The position numbers and the translations under genes are program-made. Positions 38,301 through 50,017 of a stretch of 64,000 nt of DNA are shown piece by piece. The first letter of the stretch is position 1, and every line of letters begins with the position of its first letter. Origin of the DNA: Selaginella moellendorffii (taxonomy: Eukaryota > Plantae > Lycopodiophyta); assembly GCF_000143415.4 (NCBI RefSeq), contig NW_003314348.1:62001-126000 (forward strand), read 5' to 3'. Below the pieces are notes generated by a model. That model was not told the DNA's origin, did not search any database, and was given only the letters and a program-made list of their open reading frames with translations.

Positions 38301-40131
38301 CGAGTGAACCCCTTGATGATACCCCCGAAAGAAAAATGGAAGGGTCACTGACTTATTCGCGCAAGGTCCCTCAGTTTACTTACGCGACTCCTTGTTTCCC
38401 AGATCCATCTTGGTGTCCAAACCTTCCACTACAGCAACACTAATGGGACGTTGTTAACGCCAAGGTCTCCACCTAGGAAATGGAGGTCGCCAATCCAGAA
38501 AACGCCGACAATGCCGATAAGTATGACCAACTTCATCACATGCCCAGCAATGAACATCACGGCCACAACCACGTGCTCGCCCTTGTCCTTGGACTCGAGC
38601 AGCAGCAACATCAACCTCCATTGGAACAGAACCATCACTCATAGGAAGTGGAGTTGAAAAATTGTGTAGCGAGAAGTGGAAGAAGCGACTTCTCATAACG
38701 TTGTGCTAAGCAAAGAGCATCATCAAGGGTGGCGGGAGCAAGTGCATGCACAAGTCTGACAAGATCTTAACGAAGTGCTAGCCACAACATTCCTAGCTTG
38801 ATCCACTTCAACATATTGGGCTCCACATGAAGCAAAAGACTTCAGAAACAAATGCCAAATTGCATCACTGACTCAGATAGCTCTTGGCGAAGGACGATGT
38901 AATTGTTGGAAGGCATCATCACAATCATCGACATGGCCGAAGGCGCATTTGAAGATGTCCGGGAGAAGACTTCAATCCTCACGAGTGGCTGTGCTCAAAC
39001 CATTGTACAATTGCAATGCCATCCTTTGGAGACAAGTGGCAAATTCACGCAAATATCAAGCATCATCCCATGAATTATATGTGGCAATCACCGTGAAGTG
39101 ATCGAACCAATGATACACATCATCCCCAAGATTCCCGCGAAAGAACTCCGGCCGAATGCAAAGATTGGCACCAAGAGGAGGAGGAGTTGTACCACGTGCC
39201 GTGAACGCCGCCATCAATTGAGTTTGGTTGTTTAATTGCAAACGCATAGCATCAAGCAATTGGACCAACTACTGCTTTAGAGTCAAAGGAGGAGATTTCG
39301 GATCTGCTATAAAGATGAACGAAAAAGAAAAAACAAAAGAAGAGAAATGACAAAAAGCTATAAGGAAATGGTAGATCTAGACAATGCAAAAAGCTAGATC
39401 TAAACCAATATCCTGAAAAAGAAGAACAAAAGAAAGGAAATGGAAAAAGCTAGATATAGACGATGCAAAAGCTAGATCTAAACCAAAATCCCAAATTCAA
39501 GCACTCCTCAGGGACAATCAAGGGTGCCCCTCACCTCCACCAATGTAAATGTTTGGAATATAGAAAAGGAATATAGAAAATATGCATATTAATTAGCCCA
39601 AAAACCCTAATTTATATACAAAAGCGAGTGGTCCAGATTGAAACCAATCTGACGGCTACCAAAATCCCACTATGCTAATATTAATATACGGCATCGTAAC
39701 TGTACACTTGGCCCTCACATTATATATTTATATGAGTTTTAACCATTTTATTTGTTAACTATTAACTATGAACTTAAATGAATTTAGATACTTTTTTAGT
39801 TCTTCTAAGTAAAATAGCGATACTTACTTTAGCAACAACAAAATGTACGTCTATGCACTTTTGAAACTCACACTTGAATGAAGATGTAAGTACTTTTTAA
39901 CTAAGCAGTATCAATCCCCAACAAATTTAACTGTCAAGCTAGCTAAACTAAATTTTATTAAATTTTCTAGTGGTTTGTTTTGCATTGCTTCGAAATACGG
40001 TTTCAAACGCTGCGTGAATGAAGCGGAGAGAAAGAAAAGGAAGGCTATCACCCTGCCTAAAACCTTGATAGATCCGTGGTACTGCTCCAGCTAGGGGAAT
40101 ATTCTACTCCCAGGTTTTAGGGTTTTAGGGA

Positions 40132-41444
40132 ATGGCGGAGAAGAAGAACAAGGGGGGCATGGCGCTGCGCGTCCGGCCTCCGGCATTTGGACTTCCCACG
40201 GCATGCCCGAAATGTTTGCCATCTCTTCTCTACTTGCGCCTTGCCAACATCACATTCTGGCCCGAGTATAGCGCCGCCATGCCTGATTCCGGTAAGGCGA
40301 GAATCCATCACGTTATATCTTGGTGTTTTTCTCTTTTATTTTGCGTGGCAGACGATCTTCCCATGGTGGAGCTGGGACTGCTGGTTGGATTCGCGAGCGA
40401 GCCGGGAGGAGTGGAGGAGTTCTTGCGGACGGAGAAGCTGGGCGATCTGGACGCGGATCTGGCGGAGGTGGACAGGTCGGAGCTCAAAGCATTCAAGTCT
40501 TTGCTGGTGCCGCTCAGTGACGCGCTACAGCTGGAGCTCTGGTCCAGGGAGAATGAGAGCATCGCACACAAGATTTACGTCTCGCATCTTCCATGGCCGA
40601 TCAACAGGGCGATCGAGTGGAACATGAGGCGAAAGTTGATGAACAGGCTCGGAGTGAACAAAGAGAATGCCAAGGACAGAGAAGCCGAGGTGAGCTTTTA
40701 TCCCATGGGGGAGAGAGATTGGAACAAAAAGTGGTTTGACGTCTCCTTGGTTGTGGTTTTAGATCTACAAGTGTGCCTTCGATGCGTACGAGGCCTTCTC
40801 GGCTAAAAAGCAAATGGACTCGCTCTATCTTGTGAGCGACAAGTAAGTACCGTATTCACTGCTGAGATTGACTCCTTTCTTTTTTTCATTTTTGTGCTTT
40901 TAAGGCCAACGAGTCTCGATGCGATGCTACTCGCACACATCTTATTCGTTCTATCTGTGCCTCTGGTATGCTGGCCACTTTCAATTTTCTCGTTATTCTT
41001 ATGATGTTGTGTTGATCCTGCCATGACAGGTAGGATCTATTCTCAAGGATGAGCTGGTCTCGAAGCATCCATTGCTGGTCCAGTATGCCGAGTCCATGAA
41101 GGATACTCTCCTCAAGAGCAACGAACCATCGCCATCGGACAGTGTAAAGTCGCCACCGACATCACCCCGAGCATCAAGTCACGCTAGTTCATCGTCCAGA
41201 GACAAAGATAAAGGTTTGTTTTTTCAAGGCGATTTGATTCGATTGATTTGCTGGTTTGTTTTCTCTTTTTCCAGGAACAAACCCTGAGCCCAAGCGCAAG
41301 CAAACTCCCAAAGAGAAAGAGTTCCGGAAAAGGGGAAAGATGTTCGTTATGGCTCAGTTAGCAGCTCTCGTGGCCTACATCGTATACTCGGGCCTTCCAT
41401 TCGAAGAAGACGACGGTGACGACAATGGGCATGACGACGATTGA
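40132..41444 (+). CDS. MTX1: Metaxin (mitochondrial outer membrane import protein), multi-exon
   Basis: N-terminus RPPAFGLPTACPKCLPSLLYLRLA typical of plant metaxin; LPWPINR, PTSLDAMLLAH, then a C-terminal TM helix and acidic tail; telo-box-like motif just upstream. Confidence 0.88.
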
Positions 41445-42099
41445 TGCAAGCCCTCTGGAAAAGCACTAACAAACAAACATCGAAAGGTTTTTCGAGAAAA
41501 AAATGCATTGACAATTCAAGGAATAATCACTTTGGTGCGAGCAGGGAAAGCAAAAGACTGATCCGTTTGTGCTTCCATTGGTGGCTGGAGATAAACAAAG
41601 AATGGATGCGAGAAAATAAAAACTCTATGGTTTTGCGGCCGGTCTCACAGATATGAGCCAAAAAGCAACAATCCGAGTCGCCACGGAATCGAACAGGTAA
41701 AGCAAAAGCTCACTCAAATCTGCCAAGAATCACACAAAGCTTAGTGCTGAATCAACACTATTTAGGCAATGGTCTTAAATCACGACCAAAGCTTGAAAGG
41801 ATGATAGAGTTTGCCTGCCTTACGACAGCGATTTGTGATTGCTGTCGTCGTCTAACTTGTGTGTGTTGTCTCCACTAAAATCATGGCGTCAAACTACAGC
41901 AAAACATTTCCAGTCGCCACGAAATCCACTTCAAAAGCGAATTCTTTTTTGTAGCCATCCAAGTCAATCATTCCATTTCTTTCTCGCTGGGCTCCCAGAG
42001 GATCAACCCACACCAATTGAATAGATTAGATGAAATTCCTCTCTTGTCAGTGCTGAATCTCCGCGATTACAACAGCCCACCCAGCAGACAGGGGAGGGG

Positions 42100-42152
42100 C
42101 TGGGCGGGAACGCTTTTCAAAATCTCCCGCCAAAACTTAGGGTTTTAGGGTT
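42100..42152 (+). promoter_or_regulatory. E2F-like sites plus telo-box-like motifs
   Basis: GGCGGGAA, TCCCGCCAAAA and TTAGGGTTTTAGGGTT are clustered within ~50 bp. Confidence 0.45.
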
Positions 42153-43525
42153 CCTGCGGGCAATTACGTTTGCTCCGGCCGGAGACGCAATGCCGGATCG
42201 ATCGGCGGGTGCTTCGACCCACCTCGATCTTCAAAGACGCGGCAATCCCATCCAATGCGCCTGTAACAGATTGGCGAGCGCCTTTGTTCCGTGTGAGCTC
42301 TCATTCTTTGTGTTTGCTTGTTCCCTGTTGGAATGTAATGCTTTCTGGTGGGCCTAAAGGGATCGTCTCGACGTCGGTATTGTCCAGGCTCGCGAAGGCT
42401 GTCTCGGTATATGATTTTTTTTTCCGCTCTTGTGGCTAGCATGTCTGTAGTACTTTGGACTAAATGCCTACTTCTTTTTCTGCGTCTAATCAGGGACAGG
42501 AATTGCTTGCTGGCCTATCATTGGCGCGCGTTTTCAATCAATCAGTGTCCTTTAGTACCCGCTACTATTACGATTGGTGCCGTCAACTTCGGAAATTCGC
42601 GCGCATCCGGTATGTGGATTCGGTAAAAGCATTCTCCCTCTCCTTGTTGTTGCTTAGCCCTCCCCCTTTTTGCTGGATGTCACTCAAACTTTTGCTTGCG
42701 AGACCTTCCCGCTTTCGTGGTTGTGTTACTTACTTGCATAAAACTTACGAGCATTCAATGGATGTCTTGTTTGTTTGGATAGGTTCCGCGTCGAAGAACA
42801 ATATTTTCGAACACTCAAGTTGCAAAATCCATGCCACTGGAGTCTGGAGGGTCAATAATCCAAGGCCCCTATGGTGCTGGAAGGGAATTTGCTGCCACGA
42901 GGGGAACACCCCACAGTTGGTGGATAAAGCAGGATCCGTCCTTCACCTCCTTGGGTACGTAAATTCTTTCCAGCCACGCCATTATGGACGGTGGCGATGC
43001 CGTGGAATTCGGCGTTACGGCTGGGCCCGAGAGGCATTGGTTCTACAAACGGTTTTGTGGAGCTGGAATATGCCCGGGACTCTCGCCTTTGTGCCTGTTA
43101 AACGCACCAAGGGGCGCAACAACAGCAACAACGGGGACAAAAATGACACAGCAAACCGGAGCATAACTATCAAGAGGGATGGGGAATGTGGTTATGGGAG
43201 AATCACAGGGAGAAAAAGCTACAGGGAGCGTGAAAGGCAACGGAGGAAAAAACTTTCAGCCACAGGGAACAACACAACAGGGGGACTGCCACTTAAGTAC
43301 ATTTCTTAGAGGCTCCTGCATTGAAGAAAACAGCGTAGCAACAAGAGGAGTATATCTTGGCCCACTCACGCGTGCACTAGAATCTTGCGGGGCCGGGGGG
43401 AGTGACCCAATGGCCTCAGTCGTTGTGTGGTATAAGAAGGAACGAAGCCGAGACGGGCATCAGTGGCGGTAAGGTGGTGGAGGAGTTTTCACAAAAAACT
43501 TCCCCTCCATTTAGTTCCTGCGAGA

Positions 43526-45251
43526 ATGGGAAGCCTCCCTCCCCTGGAGCAAGAGAAGCAAGCCGGCTTGAAGAGCTTGGAGTTTCTCAGCAGCAACGAC
43601 AAGCAGAGTGCTTACTCCGCAGCAGAGTTGGAGGCCGGGCACTGCGCGGAGGGAGGCTGTCCATGCGACACCAAAGCTGCTGCTCACTCGGCTGGCCAGT
43701 CAAGTTTCTTCCAGGCCGTTGTCAATTCTTTCGTGCTGCTGATCGGTAAGAAGCTCTCGTTTCTCCATTCTCGTCTCTCCATTCTTCCTGCTGATTCCCT
43801 GTCATGTTTCAGTCACTTGATATGCATGCAGGGATTCTCTTCGAGTGTTTTTGATCTGTATGGAAGAGTTTGTCAGTGTTGAATTATGGAATGATTGCCT
43901 GCATGTCCGGTGTACATTTTCGAACCCGCATCTTTTCGTGATTTCTTTTTCTTTGTTCCTTTCATTAGTGCCGCACCAGGTGAGTCGGCAGATACTTCTA
44001 GAACTGTTCCCTGTTTCTGTTTTCTCAACTGATCTACTTTTACTAATCATTTGCGCTAACAGGCCTGGGAACTCTCTCCTCTGCCTATGCGATCGAGAAG
44101 GCCGGATTCTTTGGTTTGCTGGTGCTATGCATCACCGCATCGTTCTACTGGATCGGCTCCAAGCTGATAGTCATTTGCATGAAGCGGACAAGAGCCTCTG
44201 ACTACCAAGATGTCGGGACCAAAGCCTTTCCTCGCTGGGGTCGGCTGCTCATAACAACGTGCTTCTACATCGACATCCTGGGATGCCTGGTCGGGTACCT
44301 CGTGTCCATGGGTGACACCATGATGCACATCTTTCCTCACCCTCAACTCGACATTCTGGGATTCAAGGGGAAGACGCTCTTCACTCTCCTCGCCTTCTTG
44401 GTCATCCTGCCGTCGGTGTGGTTCCGGAAGCTGAGCACCATCTCCTACCTCTCCTTCTGGTGCGGCATGAGCATCATCACGACAATCATCTGCCTGCTCG
44501 TCGCGGGGGTCAAGGATCACATTGGTTTCAGCCAGGACGTTGCCATCTTCCGCCCTGCCAACGTTCCAATCGCTACAGGGGTCTACACCTTCACTTTCGG
44601 AGCAACCGCCGTGTTTCCGAACGTTTACAGATCCATGAAGAACCCCAGCAGATTCACCGAGGTAACTTCAAGTTCGAAGCGTGCCTTTCTCTTTGTTCTA
44701 ACGCTGCTCTGTTCGTCCAGGTGATGACACTGAGCTTCTCCATGGCAACACTGCTCAACATCATTGTTGGCATCGTCGGCTCGGTCATGTTTGGAGCAAT
44801 GACTAAAGCCCAAGTCCATCTCAACATGCCACCGGCGCTCATCGCCTCCAAGGTTGCAATCTGGGCCACTCTCCTCACTCCGGTCACTCAGTTCGCGCTC
44901 TTCCTCTCGCCAATCTCTTGCGAGCTGGAGCAGATCATGATCAAGTATCTGCCGTGGAAGGCCGAGTCGCGGATGACCTCTGGAGCCTGCATCATGCTCC
45001 GGACAACGCTGCTCATCGCCATCGCCATGGGAGCTCTGCTCTTTCCGTACTTCGCCAACATCATCGAGCTCATAGGATCTTCGGTGAGCGTAACGCTCTG
45101 CGTTATCTTCCCCGGCGTCTTCTACTTGAAGCTTTTCTCCCACAAGATTCCCAAGTCGCGGTTTGCCGGCATTTGCGTGGTGATTGGCGTGAGCGCCTTG
45201 GCGGGGGTCGCGGGCACCATTGTTTCCATCCAGGACTTGATACACAAGTAA
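43526..45251 (+). CDS. Amino acid transporter, AAAP/AVT1-like, 3 exons
   Basis: SSFFQAVVNSFVLLIG|LGTLSSAYAIEKAG, DYQDVGTKAFPRWGR, AVFPNVYRSMKNPSRF, LLFPYFANIIELIGS and multiple TM helices. Confidence 0.9.
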
Positions 45252-45661
45252 GAGAACTTTCTCTTGGTTTCTTTTATATCGGCCAGGAAGAACCAAGAGG
45301 AACCAAGAGGAGAGAAAGAAGAAAAGAACTAACTGGTATTCTCGTGTTAATAGATGATAAGAGCAGATTCAATACTGGATGTTCTTTGATTTTGTTTGGT
45401 ATTAAAACCATTTAAATGATTAAACCAAGAGCCTATAGCTTTCGTAGTATAGTAGAGTCCTTGTAAGCCTGAAAGGTAAGAACCGCACAAAGCGTGAGCT
45501 CGTTGATTCCTCCGCTACGAAACAAGTTTTGGGATCCTGATCACGTAAGTTGGAAGTGACAGAAAGAAGCGCCGCTTTTCACGATTTCCTGCGCGTTGCC
45601 ATCCCACGATCTTGGAAGCCTTTCCCATGGAAGAGGAGAAAGAGAATCTGTGCTTCTGCTG

Positions 45662-47485
45662 TTACCAGAATCCACCACACGAGCACTTCCCGTCTCTAAA
45701 AACGTGGAACCGGGCCGTGTCCCTGCAAACTATCTCCCGTTCTTCCATCCCGGACAAAACTTCCATCACCCTGTGACAATCGTCGCAAACTCGCAAATTC
45801 TTCGTGATCCGGATGGTCGATCCCGGAGCCGTGCTAATGAGAGCGCAGCCCATTGCCAGCCTCTCGCTGTGACCACGAAGAACTTCTTCCTTGGCATCGT
45901 CGCTAATGTTTCGTGCGACGCTGTCCAAGTCCGCGACGTAAAGTCCCTCCTGCTTCATCCTCCAAGTTACCATCTTTACCTTGGCTTCGATGGCTTTGAT
46001 CAGAGCATGGGTACGATCTCCGGCGATAAACGAGTGAACTCTCGACGAGGAATCCGTCCACCAGCTTCGTCCTTCCTCGGCTTTCCTCCATGCACCGCTC
46101 TTAATCCTCAAAGCTTCGATCTTTGATTGCTCGCTCCACATCTTCAAGCTGCCGTAGAGACTTGCCATGAGCATGTATGGAGCCGAGTCTCTTGGATCGA
46201 TCCGGAGCAACGCCTCGAAAGAAACCTTGGCTACTATCAAGTTCTTCCACTTGCGGCACGAACCGAGGAGCGTCATCCACGTCGACCAAGTTGCCTGGAA
46301 TGGCATCGTCTCCACCACCTCCACCGCCTCCTCAAGCCTGTTCGATCGCCCAAGCATGTCGAGCAAACAGAGGTAGTGCTCGATGACCGGAACTATCCTG
46401 TGCCTCGACTCCATAGCCCGGAAGAACTCCCGGCCTTGGTCGACAAGACCGGCGTGGCTGCAAGCGGTGATGATGCACACGAGCGTCACCTCGTCCGGTC
46501 GCAATCCCTCCTCCACCATCTTCTCGTACAGCGAGAAAACTTTCGCGGTCTCGCCTCGCCGGCTACTCCCGGCTATGAGAGCAGTCCAGGCCACCGAGTC
46601 CCTCGCGTCCAAGACGTCGTAGAACACCCTCTCGGCGCTCTCAAGGCTCCCACACCTCCCGTAGAAATCCACCAGGCAAGTCCCGATAATTCCATCTCCA
46701 TCAAAACCGAGCCGGCAAATCTGTCCGTGGAGAGCTCTCCCCGCCTCCAGCGCCACTAGAGCTCCACACGCCTTGAGCGCCGCCACAAAGGTGGCCTCGT
46801 CCGGCTCGAAGAGCCTCCCAATCTCCAGGAGCTCCAGGCAAAGATCGGCCTCTCCGAGCTCCGCCAGTCCCAGCAGCAGCGAGTTCCACACCACCACACT
46901 GTGCTCTTCGATCCGGTCGAAAGCCCGCCTCGCGTCCGCCAAGCTCCCACACTTCACGTACATATCCACAGCACACCCGGCCACAAACACGTCCCCGCCA
47001 TAGCCACGCTCGCAAGCCTGCGCGTGGATCTCCATCCCTCTCTCCAGAGCCGCGGCTTTCACCACCTTTCCACTGATCTCCCGGCCCTTCTCTCGCATGC
47101 CACAGCTCGAGCAGGCCTTGAGCGCCGCTACGAAGCACCGCGAGTCGGGCTCACACCCCTGCCTCCGCTGGATCCCCGCGAAGATCTCCAGCGCGAGCTC
47201 CCCCTGCCCCTGCCGGGCATAGCCGAGCAGCAGCGACGTCCACGCCACTGCGTTGTGGCAAACCATCCGGTCGAAGACGCGGTGAGCGTCGGCCAGGCTG
47301 CCACACCGCGCGTACATGTCCACCAGCGCGCTGGAGACGAAGAGATTCGCGCTGCTGCCGCCGTCGATCGCCTCCGCGTGGAGCCTCCTCCCGCGCTCCA
47401 GCTCCGCGGGGCTGCGACACGATCTCAGCGCCGCTAGCAGCAGCGAAACACTCCGGGACCTCACCTTGCTGGGCCGGAGCTCCAT
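45662..47485 (-). CDS. PLS-class PPR protein with DYW domain of the DYW:WW subtype, ending in GFW
   Basis: Intronless 607 aa; P/L/S repeats, E domains, GRSWWTD in place of the PG box, HSERLA, RITKNLRVCDDCH, RFHVFRDGKCSCGGFW. Confidence 0.93.
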   Translation of the reverse strand: MELRPSKVRSRSVSLLLAALRSCRSPAELERGRRLHAEAIDGGSSANLFVSSALVDMYARCGSLADAHRVFDRMVCHNAVAWTSLLLGYARQGQGELALEIFAGIQRRQGCEPDSRCFVAALKACSSCGMREKGREISGKVVKAAALERGMEIHAQACERGYGGDVFVAGCAVDMYVKCGSLADARRAFDRIEEHSVVVWNSLLLGLAELGEADLCLELLEIGRLFEPDEATFVAALKACGALVALEAGRALHGQICRLGFDGDGIIGTCLVDFYGRCGSLESAERVFYDVLDARDSVAWTALIAGSSRRGETAKVFSLYEKMVEEGLRPDEVTLVCIITACSHAGLVDQGREFFRAMESRHRIVPVIEHYLCLLDMLGRSNRLEEAVEVVETMPFQATWSTWMTLLGSCRKWKNLIVAKVSFEALLRIDPRDSAPYMLMASLYGSLKMWSEQSKIEALRIKSGAWRKAEEGRSWWTDSSSRVHSFIAGDRTHALIKAIEAKVKMVTWRMKQEGLYVADLDSVARNISDDAKEEVLRGHSERLAMGCALISTAPGSTIRITKNLRVCDDCHRVMEVLSGMEEREIVCRDTARFHVFRDGKCSCGGFW

Positions 47486-47616
47486 CGCAATCCCAGTCCC
47501 CGCCCGGCATTCCTTCCCTCGCGGAAGCGCCGATCGATGGAAGAAAATGCGATGAACTTGGCTGCCCTAAATTCTGGACGAATATTCCAAGCTTCTAAAC
47601 CTTATTCAAGCAAAAC

Positions 47617-47791
47617 GGTCCTTTGAATCCAAGGGCCCGAGTTCGAATCTCGGTGGGACCTAGTAGCTCCCCCTAGATGCTATAAGCATATTCTTTTGCT
47701 CCCTGTCTGCCCTAAACCAGCCACATTCCTGGCGAATATTCTAAACTTTTTAGTTAGTGGAAGGGGCGGAGTTCGAATCTCGGTGGGACCT
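47617..47791 (+). pseudogene. Two tRNA-Gln-derived 3' fragments in a degenerate ~130-bp tandem repeat
   Basis: CTTTGAATCC...CCGAGTTCGAATCTCGGTGGGACCT (47621-47661) matches the anticodon loop, T arm and acceptor strand of tRNA-Gln(UUG); second partial copy at 47761-47791; no D arm or A box. Confidence 0.7.
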
Positions 47792-49195
47792 TAGGGCTAG
47801 CTGCCCTAGATTCTTGTCGAATATTCTATTACTGCGAATCTCTTGGCGCGGGAAAAGCCGTTTTACTATTTCCTGCTTGTGCTGGATTGCACTCCCCTCC
47901 ACCAATCCGTTGTCTCATTCATTACGTCGGGCCCCCTTTTTTGTTTGCAAGCATGATATGGGCGGGCAGAAATCAGCCTGTCTCCTACTCACTGTAGCTT
48001 TTCCTTGCCCTAAATTTTACACCGCCATGGCGCCACGGCCAGAGTACGTACGCGTACTGGGCGCCACCAGGCATGTAACAATACAAAGAACACCCTGGAC
48101 TTAGAAACGTTTCAAAGCCGGATCCTCCCCGGTACGCTGGGCGGAGTACGTACGGAACGGACCACGATTTTTCACCCCATTGTTTTTTATTCCCTTTCCA
48201 TCATCGGGGTGGCACCAAGTACACAGCCAATGCACCCTAGCAATCTAGCGAGATAGAAGAAACAAAACCAGACATAATATCTGAATTTCTATATGGTCTT
48301 GTATGGTCTTTTATAACCCTAGCTACACAACAGGCTGGCGGCTGGCAGTAACAAATGGCCGCCCATCCACGTCATAGAGCCGTATCCTGGCCACTGGCCA
48401 TGGCCATGGAGCCGTATGACCACGCCGGAGAAAAGCTGCCCCAACGGGTCGAAGCGGCGCCACCGGCGGCGCAACCAGCGGCGCCGCCGGCTCCCATTGT
48501 ATAAATTTCCGACCCTCTTCCATCCGCCATAGCTGGCGAGCTTTCTCGGGGAGGAGGCGGCGGCGTCTTCGGGGAAAGGAGAGGAGAATAAGCCAATCCC
48601 GCATACTTTTCTCCTCGCATTGCTGCGACATTTTAGTCTAACGCGTTGATCGAGCGATTCACAGCCAAAGTCCAGACCATTTCTCCAAACAACGCAGCCT
48701 AGCGTCCACCCAAGAGCGTAAACCACCAAGAAAGGCGAGGCAAAGATTAAAAACCCTGGATTGTCACTGTTTGGTTGTTGGGGCGAGAGGTATTTAGATT
48801 GGGGGACCCTCGGCATTCCACCATCTTCTCCAATCCCTCTCCTCCTCCTCTTCTCCGCCGCTCTTCCATTCTCTTCGATCGATCACTCTGCCTCTCTCGA
48901 TCTATCGCTCTCTCCTCGCGTTCTTCCCAAGATCTTGGAATCGCGATCACAAAATCTCCTCTTCTCTCGCAAAATCTCTCTCCCCTCCGCAAAATCGTTC
49001 CTCTTTCTCCCCTCCTCTCGCGATTCCACTCCCCTTTGCTTGCATTGCAATTCAAGGATTACGAAGATCCCCCTTGCAAGCGATCGATTATCGCGGAGTA
49101 TTGGTTTTCTCTTCCGTGATTTCTCGCTCCTAGAGCTCCTTCCCCGTCAAGACTAAGAAAGGCGGCATCAAAAACAAGGGAGAGATCGATCACGC

Positions 49196-50017
49196 ATGGC
49201 ATTCATCGCGGCGGTGGAGATCAGGCTCAGGAAGATCGGGCTCCAAGCGGCGGCCAGAGGCGGAGGAATGCTTCGGTCGTCATGGCCATTGCTGCTCCTC
49301 GCCGCAATGGCCGCTCTCCTCGTCTCCCTCGGATCCTTCGACCACCTCTCGCTCATGGCGCAGCGGCTGTCGCTGGACAGGCTTCCCCATCTCAGGGATT
49401 CCATCTTCGGCACGCAGCCCTTCCTCTTCCTCGTCCTCAATTCCGTGATCTTCGCCGTGCTCGCTCCCTCGGGCCTCTTCAAAGATGGTTGCTCCTCCAC
49501 TCCAGATGATCTCCCTTCGTCTACCCCGTGCTCTTCTCGCACTTCTTCTCTCTCTCGCACTGATTCGATCGATGGGTCGTCGCACAGCACCACCACCGCA
49601 AAGTCTCTCGAAGAACAGTCATCCAAGAGCGACACTCCGGCTCCAGAGCCAGATCCAGCGCCGGCTCCACAACCGGAGGATCCAATCGCCCCGAGCTCCA
49701 CAGCAGATCTCTCGGGTCCGGCTCCAAGCCCCAGCACGGATTCTTCGCTCCCGGCCAAGGAGGTCCTCAAGAAATCGCCGAGGCCGAGCAATGTGAGCCC
49801 GCCCAAGTCGCGAGTGAAGCGCGTCAAGAAGATGCAAAAATCCGCGGCAGCTCCGAGCAAGCAAATGGTGGCGCCGGGCATTGTCGAGGAGCATCCCAAA
49901 GATCCCGTGGGGGATCCCACGGATTCGCTCGAGGACGAGGATTTCAAGCGCTTCATCGATAGCTTCATCGCCCACACGCGACACCAGATGCTGCTCCAGG
50001 AGAGAGAGTACGTCTGA
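49196..50017 (+). CDS. DUF4408/DUF761 (cotton fibre expressed-like) membrane protein
   Basis: N-terminal hydrophobic segments with PFLFLVLNSVIFAV, Ser/Pro-rich linker, C-terminal EDFKRFIDSFIAHTRHQMLLQ. Confidence 0.7.
   Translation: MAFIAAVEIRLRKIGLQAAARGGGMLRSSWPLLLLAAMAALLVSLGSFDHLSLMAQRLSLDRLPHLRDSIFGTQPFLFLVLNSVIFAVLAPSGLFKDGCSSTPDDLPSSTPCSSRTSSLSRTDSIDGSSHSTTTAKSLEEQSSKSDTPAPEPDPAPAPQPEDPIAPSSTADLSGPAPSPSTDSSLPAKEVLKKSPRPSNVSPPKSRVKRVKKMQKSAAAPSKQMVAPGIVEEHPKDPVGDPTDSLEDEDFKRFIDSFIAHTRHQMLLQEREYV

Larger units (their letters stand above)
12677..39719 (-). mobile_element. Decayed Ty3/gypsy element B (same family as A), host of a ~22 kb nested insertion
   Basis: LTRs 12677-12842 and 39544-39719; PPT after 12842; PBS complement CCCCTCACCTCCACCA before 39544. 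Integrase remnants 13035-14226; RH/RT/PR/gag remnants 36402-39268 (FIDDVLIHS, zinc knuckle CWACDEVGHTYRHC). Collinear with element A across the 14231/36397 break. No TSD visible. Confidence 0.9.

Noticed and set aside
42519-42545. miR171-related site (TTGGCGCGCGTTTTCAATCA)
   Set aside because: Needs gaps to match, has no precursor hairpin and is not in a GRAS gene.
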